This document shows, one piece after another, positions 16,704-26,462 of a stretch of 55,211 nucleotides of DNA. Position 1 is the first letter of the stretch. Each line of letters begins with the position of its first letter. Origin of the DNA: a virus (taxonomy: Duplodnaviria > Caudoviricetes); the IMG/VR virus record IMGVR_UViG_3300036859_000142, positions 1 to 55,211 of that record, one strand, 5' to 3'. The notes below the pieces were generated by a model, which did not search any database, was not told where the DNA came from, and was given only the letters and a program-made list of their open reading frames with translations. The position numbers and the translations under genes were made by a program.

Positions 16704-19700
16704 GTGGCGTCCATCGTCGTTGGTACCCTGCGGGCGCTGCTCACCGCAGACACTGCCCAATTTGAAGCGGGGATCCGGAAGGCCACGAGTGGCCTGCAGG
16801 CCTTCTCGCGCGATTGGGGGCGTGTCGGTCAGCAGATGAGCACGATCGGCCGCTCGATGACCGCCGCGGTCACGCTGCCGATTGTGGGCGCTGGCGTCGC
16901 GGCGACGAAGTTGGCGATGGATTTTGAGTCGTCCTTCGCGGGGGTCCGCAAGACGGTGAATGCGACGGAAGTCGAATTCAAGCAGATGTCGAAGGCCTTC
17001 CGCGACCTCGCGAAGACGATCCCGGTTAACGTCAACGAACTGAACCGGCTTGGCGAGGCCGCCGGCGCCCTGGGCATTCCCAAGAAAGAAATCGTCGACT
17101 TCGCGCGTGTCATGGCCCTGCTCGGCCAGACGACCAACGTAACTGCCGATCAAGCCGCTGAAAGCATCGCCAAGATCCAGAACATCTTCGGGGCGGCTGG
17201 GCAAGACACCGACCGGTTTGCGTCCACGCTGGTCGCCCTCGGGAACGATGGGGCATCGACCGAGGCGCAGATCCTGGAGATGGCCACGCGCATTGCGGGC
17301 GCGGGGAACGTCATCGGCCTAAGACAAGGCCAGGTACTCGGGTTCGCCAGTGCATTGTCGAGCGTGGGCCTTGAGGCGGAAGCCGGCGGCACGGCGATCT
17401 CTCGCGTCTTTATCGACATTGCGTCCTCGGTCAGCAAGGGCGGCGATCAGCTGACGAATTTCTCGCACGTCGCTGGCTTGTCCACGGCGGAATTCTCGAA
17501 GATGTTCAAGACGGACGCTGCTGGGGCCGTCACCGCGTTCATTGAGGGACTCGGTCGCATCAAGACCTCTGGCGGGGACGTCATCGGCACACTCTCCACG
17601 CTCGGGATCGAAGAAGTCCGGCTGCGGGATACGTTGCTGCGCGCATCCGGCGCGGGCGATCTCTTACGGACCTCGCTGGAATTGCAGGGCAAGGCGTGGC
17701 GAGACAACTCCGCGCTCACCGAAGAAGCGCGTAAGCGATTCGAAACGACCGAGTCGCAGCTCACGTTGCTCTGGAATCGATTGAAGGACGTCGGGATCAC
17801 GCTGGGGAATGCCCTCCTGCCGCTCATCCAAGCCGCGGTTGAGGCCATGAATACCTTCGTCCCAGTCCTGGAGCGGGCCGCCCAACTCTTTGGCGAGTTA
17901 CCGGTGCCCGTGCAGGCGGTGGTCGTGGGTTTCGGTCTGCTGCTGGCCGCGGTCGGTCCTGTCCTGTTTGTGATGGGGCAAATGATTACGGCCGCGACCA
18001 CCGTCGCCGCGCTGTTCTCCGGGCCAGCCGCCGTGGGCATGGGCACGCTGGCACTCGCGGCGCGCGGTCTGACGTTGGCGCTTGGGCCTGTCGCGATTGC
18101 GATCGGAGCGATCTGGACCGCCTGGCAGATTGGCAATATCGAAGGGGTCAAAAACACGATCGCGGAATGGACGCTGCGCCTGCAGGGCTACACCAAGGAA
18201 GCGGCCCATGCCGCGGTGGCTGGACATGCCGCCGCAGTGGCCGCCGTGGCTCATGGCACGGCCACCAAAGACGCGCTCGCGCCGATGGCGAGCCATGCCA
18301 CGGCCATCAAGGCGTCGACCGCCGGAGCGTTGGGACTCATCGAGCCGGTGAAAAAACTGACGGCCGCGCAACGGGCGGACTTTGCCGCGGTGATGCACAA
18401 CGTCGAGGCGCAGATGCAGCTCGCGAAGCAATATGCCGCGACGCAACTCGCTTGGCGCAAGTTGGCGACGGAGATGAGCGATCAGACCATGAAGGATCTG
18501 ACGTCTCGAATCGAAGCGATCCAGAAAGCGCAGTTAGAAGCCATCGTCGACACGATGAAGGTTCGTCAATCAAGCGCGAAGATCCAGAAGGACATTGATT
18601 TCGATGTGGCCCAGTCCGCGATCGACGCCGCCAAGAAGCATGGCGCCGCCTGGCAGACCGTGTACCGGATGGAAACGGATCTGTCCAAAGCACGACTCGC
18701 TGCAGCGGTTGACGATGCGAATCGGCAGTTCCAGGCAGAGACGGCGCTGATCGATCGGACGACCCAGATCGGACGCGACCAATACGCGGCCTATGCGGAG
18801 GAACATCGTCTGCGCGTCGATCAGATGGTGGGCGATTGGCGCACTGGCGAAGAGGCCAAGATCGAGGCCTTACGTCACACCCACGACATCTGGGTACGGA
18901 CGTGGGACAGCCTGCGCGAACTGCAAGCCGGAATTGTCCAGTCAGTCACCGACGGATTCGCCAGCATCATTATGGGTGCCACGAGCTTTAAGGACGCCAT
19001 GCTGAACATCTGGCGATCGATTCAGCAGGGCATTGCGAAGATTCTCAGTGACATTCTGAGCGACTACATTGGGCGCTTCATCAAAGGGTTACTCGGGGCC
19101 TCGTCCTGGCTCGGCGGGAGCGGTGGGATCACCGGGCAACTCGGCGGGTCTGTCGCCGGCATGATCGGTCTTGGTGGCGCTGGGACAGGCGCCGCGGCTG
19201 GTGTGGCAGGCGTGGAAGCGGGCGTCTTGGGTGGGGTCGGCGGCGGTGCGGCGGCTGGCGGCGGTGCGGCTGGAACGGCCGGGGCTGTCGGCACGGGGAT
19301 CGGCGTGGGATCGACGATCGCGCTGACTGGGGGCATTGCGGCGGGTGCCCTGCTCGCGTGGGGCATCTGGAAGAAAGGATTATTCCGCGGCGGTGAAGAG
19401 AGCCTGAAAGTGAATCCGGCCCGCGATGTATTTCTGCAGCAGTTCGGCGGCGCGGGTACCGGGCCGGACTCTGGATTCAGGCACCTGGCCGATCAGTTGT
19501 TTGGGCTGGACAAGAACGAAGCGCTCTTCAAAGCCTTGACCGACGCAAGCTCCATGAAGGAGTTCGATGCGGCCGTCGCCGCGATCGCGACCCGTCTAGA
19601 CGAGGCCGCTGCTGCCGCCAAGGACCTCGGGGATCAGGCGGGGGACGCGGCCGGAACTGCGCGTTGGGGATTCAATGAGGCGCGAGACGCCATCAGCAAG

Positions 19701-20453
19701 CTCCATGACGCTGCGGCGGATCCCAAGGCGATCCATGACCTGACGAATCAGTTGGATGCAGCGGCACGGGCTGGTGTCACCGACTTTGGGTTCATGACGG
19801 TCGCGATCGCCAGGGCCATGAAGGAGGCCGGCGCGCATGTCTCCGACATGCGCGATCTCATCGCCAAGCCGATTGATATTCAAGTCCGTTGGGCGGTGGA
19901 GAACCTGCCGAATCTGCCATCACCGAGTGGCGGTGGCGCCGCGAGCCAGGGCGACATTGAAAAGTTCCTCCGCGAGAACACGAATCCGGACGGCTCCACT
20001 GACATCCACCGTCTGAAGCAAGCGTTTGGGAACATCCCTGGTCGCCATTTCGGCGGAATGATCACGGCGCACGAAGGCATGTACGTCGGTGGCGTTGGCA
20101 CCGGCGAGCGGATGATCAAAGCCTTAGTCGGCGAAGGCGTCTTGAGTAAATGGGCCACGTCCATGTTGGGCGGCAAGGCGGGCATTGATGCGATGAACGC
20201 CGGCCGGTGGGGAGAGGTGTCATGGCCGTCCAGCAGTCCGAGCTTGGGCGCATCGGTCGCGACAACGAAGGCTGTCGCCGCCGGCGGCGGTGGCAGCCTC
20301 ACCGTGAACATTCAGCCTGGCGCGATCGCCATTACGAGCAGCGGGAATCCTGAGCAAGACGCACGGCGTCTTATGCCTGCCCTGGTCACGGAAATTCGTC
20401 GGAACTTCAGCGGCACGCGGTCAGACCTCCAGACGGCGCTGGGAATTGCCTGA
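16704..20453 (+). CDS. Tail tape measure protein (TP901 family core)
   Basis: 1249 aa, Ala/Gly-rich; DFESSFAGVRKT, EAGGTAISR and hydrophobic segments. Confidence 0.95.
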   Translation: MASIVVGTLRALLTADTAQFEAGIRKATSGLQAFSRDWGRVGQQMSTIGRSMTAAVTLPIVGAGVAATKLAMDFESSFAGVRKTVNATEVEFKQMSKAFRDLAKTIPVNVNELNRLGEAAGALGIPKKEIVDFARVMALLGQTTNVTADQAAESIAKIQNIFGAAGQDTDRFASTLVALGNDGASTEAQILEMATRIAGAGNVIGLRQGQVLGFASALSSVGLEAEAGGTAISRVFIDIASSVSKGGDQLTNFSHVAGLSTAEFSKMFKTDAAGAVTAFIEGLGRIKTSGGDVIGTLSTLGIEEVRLRDTLLRASGAGDLLRTSLELQGKAWRDNSALTEEARKRFETTESQLTLLWNRLKDVGITLGNALLPLIQAAVEAMNTFVPVLERAAQLFGELPVPVQAVVVGFGLLLAAVGPVLFVMGQMITAATTVAALFSGPAAVGMGTLALAARGLTLALGPVAIAIGAIWTAWQIGNIEGVKNTIAEWTLRLQGYTKEAAHAAVAGHAAAVAAVAHGTATKDALAPMASHATAIKASTAGALGLIEPVKKLTAAQRADFAAVMHNVEAQMQLAKQYAATQLAWRKLATEMSDQTMKDLTSRIEAIQKAQLEAIVDTMKVRQSSAKIQKDIDFDVAQSAIDAAKKHGAAWQTVYRMETDLSKARLAAAVDDANRQFQAETALIDRTTQIGRDQYAAYAEEHRLRVDQMVGDWRTGEEAKIEALRHTHDIWVRTWDSLRELQAGIVQSVTDGFASIIMGATSFKDAMLNIWRSIQQGIAKILSDILSDYIGRFIKGLLGASSWLGGSGGITGQLGGSVAGMIGLGGAGTGAAAGVAGVEAGVLGGVGGGAAAGGGAAGTAGAVGTGIGVGSTIALTGGIAAGALLAWGIWKKGLFRGGEESLKVNPARDVFLQQFGGAGTGPDSGFRHLADQLFGLDKNEALFKALTDASSMKEFDAAVAAIATRLDEAAAAAKDLGDQAGDAAGTARWGFNEARDAISKLHDAAADPKAIHDLTNQLDAAARAGVTDFGFMTVAIARAMKEAGAHVSDMRDLIAKPIDIQVRWAVENLPNLPSPSGGGAASQGDIEKFLRENTNPDGSTDIHRLKQAFGNIPGRHFGGMITAHEGMYVGGVGTGERMIKALVGEGVLSKWATSMLGGKAGIDAMNAGRWGEVSWPSSSPSLGASVATTKAVAAGGGGSLTVNIQPGAIAITSSGNPEQDARRLMPALVTEIRRNFSGTRSDLQTALGIA

Positions 20454-21238
20454 TGCCAGGCCCGCTCTACGGCACGCCGGTCGATAACGTCACCGCTGTT
20501 GCCACGCCCTCACTGACCACAGGGGCAGCGGATGCCGCCTTCCCGCTCACGAATATCGATGACCTTGATCCGGGGGTCGTCTTCAAAGGGACGAGCGGCA
20601 CGATCACGATCCGGTTCACGTTTGGCGTGGCGCAGCTCCTCGCCGCCATCGCCCTGATCAATCACAACCTACACGGCATGACCCTCACCGTCACCAATAA
20701 CGCGGGGATGGCCTCGCAGAACTTGGTGGTGCCTGCTGTTCCTGAAGATGGCCTCTCGAAAAACCCCTGGTTGGACTTGCGCGCGGTCTCGAGCACCACG
20801 GCCACGCAATGGAACATCGCGATCAGTGGTGCGGCATCGAATGTGGCGATTGGCGAGATCGTGTTGCTCTCGGCGCTACGGGAATTGAATATCCGGTGGG
20901 ACTATTCCTACAAGGAACTGCATCCGGCCGTGCAGCACCGCACCGAGTACGGGAAGCGCTTGCAGTACGGGCTGGGCGTGCGCACGCGGCTGTTCTCCGG
21001 CGAAGCGCTGCTCTATCAGGATCGCAATGCGATTCGCACGCTTCGCCGGGCGGCCAAGGGCACGCTCCTGCCCTGGCTGTTCATTCCCGACGAAGACGAG
21101 AACGACGCGCTTCTTGCGCAGTTTGCAGATGGGGATGACGGATCAGAAGAGTACCAGTGGGTCCATCCGGACCTATCAGGTGGGATCGTGGACATGCCGG
21201 TGGCGGTGGAGGAAGTCCAGTCCGGCCTGGCGCTCTGA
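20453..21238 (+). CDS. Tail tip / distal tail protein
   Basis: Follows the tape measure gene; IALINHNL motif; synteny. Confidence 0.65.
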   Translation: MPGPLYGTPVDNVTAVATPSLTTGAADAAFPLTNIDDLDPGVVFKGTSGTITIRFTFGVAQLLAAIALINHNLHGMTLTVTNNAGMASQNLVVPAVPEDGLSKNPWLDLRAVSSTTATQWNIAISGAASNVAIGEIVLLSALRELNIRWDYSYKELHPAVQHRTEYGKRLQYGLGVRTRLFSGEALLYQDRNAIRTLRRAAKGTLLPWLFIPDEDENDALLAQFADGDDGSEEYQWVHPDLSGGIVDMPVAVEEVQSGLAL

Positions 21239-22029
21239 TGCCGCTCGAATTTGTCTCCACACCGATAGTCATCGCACCGGCCGCAGGATCTGCGGGTATC
21301 ACCTTAACGCCGAGCGCAACGTTCTATACGAACTCTGGCTGGTCTACGGTCATTGCGTCGACATCTAACGCGATCGTCCTGGTAGGGGTCTACATCAGCG
21401 ACGGCCCGGCAAGCATGCAAGTAGACATCGGCACCGGTGGTGCCGGGTCCGAGGTCGTCGTGGGCACGGTCATGAAGACGAGCCCACAAGATCGCACGTA
21501 TTATTTTCCGATCCCGATCGACAACGTTGGGTCAGGCGTGCGCGTGGCGGCACGCATTCGTGGCGAGGCGGCGACGGCGGCGCGCGTACGAGTGGTCTAT
21601 TACGATGGCACTGGGTTGCCGGGGTTCACCGCGACGGTCAACGCGTGCCTTGTGCTCCCAGTCGTGACGCCAGGTGGCGCATTTGTTGACGTGCCTACGA
21701 ACGGTGTCTGGACGAATGGCGCGTGGACGACGCTGGTCGCATCGAGCTCTAATGCCTACGCAATTACAGGCATCGCAGCGTGGATGTCAAGCCTGTCGGT
21801 CGAGTACGAAGTCGATCTCGGCGTTGGTGGGGCTGGGTCGGAGGTGGTGATCGCGACGCATCGAGCGACACGCTTTGCGAGTACGCGTGGGGGTATTGAA
21901 CAAGGTCTGCTGAAACCTGCGTACGCGACCGTGGCGTCGAGCTCCAGAATTGCGGCGCGTGTCCGCCATGAACAGACGGGTGTGAACAACGCCCGCGTCT
22001 TCTTTTACGCCTATCAAATGCCGATATGA
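21238..22029 (+). CDS. Minor tail protein with two copies of a ~130-aa beta-rich module
   Basis: DIGTGGAGSEVVVGT and DLGVGGAGSEVVIAT repeats. Confidence 0.7.
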   Translation: MPLEFVSTPIVIAPAAGSAGITLTPSATFYTNSGWSTVIASTSNAIVLVGVYISDGPASMQVDIGTGGAGSEVVVGTVMKTSPQDRTYYFPIPIDNVGSGVRVAARIRGEAATAARVRVVYYDGTGLPGFTATVNACLVLPVVTPGGAFVDVPTNGVWTNGAWTTLVASSSNAYAITGIAAWMSSLSVEYEVDLGVGGAGSEVVIATHRATRFASTRGGIEQGLLKPAYATVASSSRIAARVRHEQTGVNNARVFFYAYQMPI

Positions 22030-25000
22030 GCATCACGACCTCGTTGGTGCTCAAAGCGATTCCATCTGCCGCTGACGGTGTGTCTATCACGCCGAGCGGG
22101 ACGGCCTGGAACAACTCGTCGTGGGTAGAACTCTCGGCATCGACACCTGGCATCTGGTATCTCCGGAACGTCACGTTATTTGAGGCCACAAATACAGCTG
22201 ATGACCTTCATTTCGAGGCCGACATCGGCGTGGGCAGCGCTGGCAGTGAGGCGGTCGTCGGAACGTTGGCCGGTGCCAAGGAGCAGAACTGGACCCAGGG
22301 TTCCTTCTATGTTGAGTTCGGCATCCCGATACAGATCGCGGCCGGCGTCCGCGTCGCCATCCGGCTACGCAAGCAAGGCACGAGCACGCTGGCCTGGACT
22401 GCGTCCCTAGGCTATTACGAGGGCAGCATCGGATCTGATCAGGTCACCACGCTTCCACAGCAATGTTATCCGTCCGCCGCGGACCCTGTTTCGATCGTGT
22501 CCTCCACGAGTTGGACCTTCGGGAGCTGGACGGAGGTGGCACCCGCACTCGCAGCGGGTGTGCGGATCGTCGGCGTCTCGGTGTATCGGCCGACGATGGT
22601 GTCGAACGAGGACTTGGTCCTGGAGATCGGCATCGGTGGTGCTGGAAGCGAGACCGTGCTCACGCGCATCGTGTCTGGGCCTAAGGATCGCGTATTCGGC
22701 GAAACGCTGTTCTGCGTGCCGCACCGATTGGATGCAACGTCTCGTATCTCTGCGCGTCTGGCGACGCAGAACGCTGGCACGCTCACCGCAAAGGTCAAAC
22801 TGATCTACTACGGACCGCAGGTAGCAGCTGCTCCAAGCGCAGAGGGTCTCAACCATCAGGTCATCGAGTACACCGGCAACGGCGTGGTTGGGCGACTAAT
22901 CCTCACGGACTTTCCGCTCGACGTTGGGGCCGTGGCTGTCTGGATTTATCCCGTGCTGCCTGCCGGGGCCGGCACGGCCACGCCGCCCGTGGTGCGGACG
23001 TCGGCTGATGCGACGAACAGTTGGCTGGATGGTACGGCGGGGACGTCCGCGAATTTCATCACCAGCCTCACGGCCGATGGCTTCACGCTTGGCGCTGGTG
23101 ATGCGTTTGGAAAAGTCAACACATCCGGAACTAAGTACATCGCCATCGTATGTTCGGACATATCGGCGACAAACGACTTGATCAGAGTGGGTACCTATAC
23201 CGGGACCGGCGGAGACGATCGACTGATCGAGGTGGCTGGCGGGTACGCATGGCAACCGACCCACGTCTGGGTGCAAGGCATCTCGCAGGTGTATCGGTCC
23301 TCGGAGTTTGTCGGGGACTCCTCGGTTACCCTGCGGAATTCGGTGGCTGGCGCGAACATGATCCAGTCCTTTGCTGCGACGGGCTTTGTCGTGGGCACGT
23401 CGGTGAACGTCAACACCAACACCAACGCGTACGGGTATGTGGCGTTCAAGGCCAACGCAGCATTTCTGGCGACCGGCTTCGGGAGTTTCACGCTCCAAGG
23501 CACGGCGGTCGATGACGTTGTCTCGGGGTTGGGGTTCACGCCCGGGTTTCTTCTCGCCAAGGAGTACAGCGCCAGCGGGGTGTCCTATTACAAAAGCACG
23601 ACCTTCCCGAACAACGTCGCCGATGGCGGCGATGACTCGCAGGGATGGAACAGCGTCAACGATACCGGCGCAGCGGTCAAGGCGCTGATCTCCGGAGGGG
23701 CCATTCTCGGCGCGGTGGTGGCTCCAGCAGGCGCCACCGTCTACGGATGGGCGTGGTCAGCCACGGTCAGCCCCGATCCCCCCCCGAGCACCTCGGCGTG
23801 TGCCGGTGGCGGGACGGTGGCGTCAGGGACGAACCCGGCCGCCGGCACCTCACTGGCTACCGCCACGGCCATTCATAAGTGGCTGGAGTTCACCGTCGGC
23901 GCCACGACGTACCGCTTCTCGGACGTGGCGATCAACTGGACGGCGCACAAACAACCCAAGGTGCTGTCGTGGGGGCGTACGGCCAGAGGGCTGACGGACG
24001 GACGCGGCGGGATCGAAAGCGCCGCGATGACGATCCGGATCTCGGACGTGGATCGCGTGCTCCGTGGCTTGCATTCCACCAGCGTCATGTTGAACAAAGT
24101 CGTGACCGTCTACGCCGCAGACGAAGCGACGATCCGTGCAGCCGGCACCCCGTGGACCGTCTTCACCGGTGTGATCAGAGATTTTCGCCCTGAGTCCGAT
24201 CTCACATACCGCCTGGTGCTCGAGGATGCGCTCACGTTTGCCCTGTCAGCCTTTGCGCAAGAACGACTTGTGCCGTCGTATGTGGTGTCCAACCAGATCA
24301 GTGACCGGACGCCGGTTGACAAGGTGCTCGATACGCCCGTGCAACTCTGTTACGGCTCGCTCAGTGACGAAGACGAGGACGAACCGATTGGGACGGTGCT
24401 CGCCACCTATGTTCAAGGCATCACGGTCACGGGCGCGGAGGCGCTCGGGAACCTATATCACTTCCTCGTCTGCCTCGGGGCCTGTCATGACGTGCAGGCG
24501 GTGTTCCTCGCAGATCCCTTTAGTGGCGATCCCCCGACGACACGCGCGAAAGCCGGCGCCAGCGAATACGGGACCCGAATATTTGTCCCACATCAAGCGG
24601 GGTGGTTTGGCGCAGGTCAGTATTACGAGACGGACGAACCCAGACGTTTTACCAGTGTGTTCGTCCAGGAGGAACATCCCGGTGCGGATCTCGCGCGCAA
24701 CGGAAAAATACCGATGCTGGTCAATCCGTGCGGACGTGAAACGGTTGGCGATGCGACGGGGAACACGATCGACTCGCTGCCGTTGCAGTTCCTGCACTTC
24801 CTGAATAACGAAGTGGCGCAAAGCGCAACAGGCAACTGGCTCGCGATCAAGGCGCTCGGTGCGTACAGCTTGTTTGATACGGCGTCGTTTGCGGCTGTGA
24901 AGACCGCGAGCGAAGCCCGGATCGCGGGCGGCTATAAAGGCGCCTTCGTGCTCGGGCACAGCTTCAAACAGATCACCCTGCGCGACGCGATTGCGCAGTT

Positions 25001-25625
25001 CTGTCAAAGCGGCGACTTCGATTTAGGGATCAATCGGTTCGGCCAGGTGATGCTGACGATGCTCGATCGCACGAGCACGGCATCGGCGGCCACGCTGTTC
25101 ACGGATGCCCTGCACATTCTCAAGGACAGCTTCAGCATTGATCCCAAGGCCGATGAAGTCGAAAACAAGATCCGGTACGCCTACAAGCGGAACTACGTCC
25201 CAGCGTTGCAGCAAATCAACCCTGACACGGGCACGCGGCTCCCACGCGAACCGTTCGATGGTCCATGGTTAAGTGGCCTGCAATCCGTGGAGGATGCTAC
25301 CTCGATCAGTGACATCGGCGAGACACGCGAATCCCAATTACTCGAACTGGAAATGGTGCGCCAGGCGTTGACCGCTGACGATGTGGCGGCCCAGCGCCTG
25401 GCGATGCGGAAGAACGCATCTGGGCGTGCCGTGGCCACGTTTGACGTCACCGTGTCTGCGGGCGCTGGTGTGGAGCTCGGCGACATTGTCAAGGTGACGC
25501 ACTTTCAAGGCTTGGGCGCCAGCGGGTGGACCGCCAGACGCGTGCAAGTGCGACGGATCGAAGTCGATCTGGATCGACTCACGATTACGTTCACGTGTCG
25601 GGATGTCCACGATCTCCTCGCATGA
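22026..25625 (+). CDS. Large tail tip/hub protein with N-terminal repeated modules
   Basis: 1199 aa; two more GxAGSE modules, YTGNG/YTGTG repeats, C-terminal VELGDIVKVTH hub-like end. Confidence 0.75.
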   Translation: MSITTSLVLKAIPSAADGVSITPSGTAWNNSSWVELSASTPGIWYLRNVTLFEATNTADDLHFEADIGVGSAGSEAVVGTLAGAKEQNWTQGSFYVEFGIPIQIAAGVRVAIRLRKQGTSTLAWTASLGYYEGSIGSDQVTTLPQQCYPSAADPVSIVSSTSWTFGSWTEVAPALAAGVRIVGVSVYRPTMVSNEDLVLEIGIGGAGSETVLTRIVSGPKDRVFGETLFCVPHRLDATSRISARLATQNAGTLTAKVKLIYYGPQVAAAPSAEGLNHQVIEYTGNGVVGRLILTDFPLDVGAVAVWIYPVLPAGAGTATPPVVRTSADATNSWLDGTAGTSANFITSLTADGFTLGAGDAFGKVNTSGTKYIAIVCSDISATNDLIRVGTYTGTGGDDRLIEVAGGYAWQPTHVWVQGISQVYRSSEFVGDSSVTLRNSVAGANMIQSFAATGFVVGTSVNVNTNTNAYGYVAFKANAAFLATGFGSFTLQGTAVDDVVSGLGFTPGFLLAKEYSASGVSYYKSTTFPNNVADGGDDSQGWNSVNDTGAAVKALISGGAILGAVVAPAGATVYGWAWSATVSPDPPPSTSACAGGGTVASGTNPAAGTSLATATAIHKWLEFTVGATTYRFSDVAINWTAHKQPKVLSWGRTARGLTDGRGGIESAAMTIRISDVDRVLRGLHSTSVMLNKVVTVYAADEATIRAAGTPWTVFTGVIRDFRPESDLTYRLVLEDALTFALSAFAQERLVPSYVVSNQISDRTPVDKVLDTPVQLCYGSLSDEDEDEPIGTVLATYVQGITVTGAEALGNLYHFLVCLGACHDVQAVFLADPFSGDPPTTRAKAGASEYGTRIFVPHQAGWFGAGQYYETDEPRRFTSVFVQEEHPGADLARNGKIPMLVNPCGRETVGDATGNTIDSLPLQFLHFLNNEVAQSATGNWLAIKALGAYSLFDTASFAAVKTASEARIAGGYKGAFVLGHSFKQITLRDAIAQFCQSGDFDLGINRFGQVMLTMLDRTSTASAATLFTDALHILKDSFSIDPKADEVENKIRYAYKRNYVPALQQINPDTGTRLPREPFDGPWLSGLQSVEDATSISDIGETRESQLLELEMVRQALTADDVAAQRLAMRKNASGRAVATFDVTVSAGAGVELGDIVKVTHFQGLGASGWTARRVQVRRIEVDLDRLTITFTCRDVHDLLA

Positions 25626-25957
25626 CCATGCCTCCCTTGCTCATCGCGGCCGTCACGTTTGACTGGTCTATTTCGCTGGGCCAGATCGTGAACGCCTTAA
25701 TGGTGTTAGGAGGTGGCGCCTTCGTGGTGTTCCGGATGTTTCACGCGCTGGATAAACGCGTCTCCGAATTCGAGTTCAAGATCGAAACGCATGCGGAGAC
25801 GTTGAAGGATCATGCGACACGGATGGAACGATGGGAATCGACGTTGTTCAAAGTCGTCTCGGATTTAAGCCACGTACTCGGCCGACTCGAAGTGCGGCAG
25901 CACGAGAGCCAGTGGGACGGACGCAATCGACGGACGGACCCGCGCAACCGCGATTAA
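25622..25957 (+). CDS. Membrane protein, holin-like
   Basis: N-terminal TM helix plus coiled coil; lysis-module position. Confidence 0.55.
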   Translation: MTMPPLLIAAVTFDWSISLGQIVNALMVLGGGAFVVFRMFHALDKRVSEFEFKIETHAETLKDHATRMERWESTLFKVVSDLSHVLGRLEVRQHESQWDGRNRRTDPRNRD

Positions 25958-25969
25958 AGGGAGGGTGAC

Positions 25970-26218
25970 ATGAACGAGATTACCGGCTGGCGGCGCTTAC
26001 TGAATGAACCGGCCCTGATCAGTGCGTTCGTCAATACGCTGCTGATTGCGCTGATCGAGTTCGGATTCACCCTCACGCAGGGCCAGATGGTGGCGACGAT
26101 GGCCTTGGTCAATGCCGCGTTGGCCATGTTTGTGCGTGTGTTCAGTGTGCCGACGCAGTTGGCGGAAGCGCGTGTCGCGGCAGGCTTACCGCCGACGACA
26201 CCGATGAACAAACCGTAA
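25970..26218 (+). CDS. Putative holin
   Basis: 82 aa with two TM helices (EPALISAFV...FGFTLTQGQ...); GGAGGG SD. Confidence 0.65.
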   Translation: MNEITGWRRLLNEPALISAFVNTLLIALIEFGFTLTQGQMVATMALVNAALAMFVRVFSVPTQLAEARVAAGLPPTTPMNKP

Positions 26219-26230
26219 GGAGACCACACG

Positions 26231-26365
26231 ATGGTGACGTTGCATCTCGTCTTGCTGATCCTGTCGTTCTTGCTCTTTGCGCTGGCGGCGATGGGTGCGC
26301 CGAGCGCACGGGTCAATCTGGTTGCAGCCGGGTTGGCATGTTGGGTACTGACGTTGCTGGTGTGA
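26231..26365 (+). CDS. Small two-TM membrane protein (44 aa)
   Basis: MVTLHLVLLILSFLLFALAAMG...LVAAGLACWVLTLLV; AAGGAG SD. Confidence 0.65.
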   Translation: MVTLHLVLLILSFLLFALAAMGAPSARVNLVAAGLACWVLTLLV

Positions 26366-26366
26366 G

Positions 26367-26462
26367 GTGAATCCATGGGCCGCCACGTTCCTGGTCGGCG
26401 CTGTGACAGGTAGTGTGCTGATGCTGGCCGCGGTCCTGCTGTATCGATGGGTCATGAAATGA
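26367..26462 (+). CDS. Small single-TM protein (31 aa)
   Basis: GTG start; hydrophobic; ATGA overlap with the next gene. Confidence 0.45.
   Translation: MNPWAATFLVGAVTGSVLMLAAVLLYRWVMK

Noticed and set aside
8489-25492. Many long minus-strand ORFs over the structural genes
   Set aside because: They are antisense shadows expected from GC-rich codon bias, with no motifs or SD sites
21238-25625. Diversity-generating retroelement acting on tail genes
   Set aside because: No reverse transcriptase and no near-identical TR/VR pair; the repeats are old protein-level duplications
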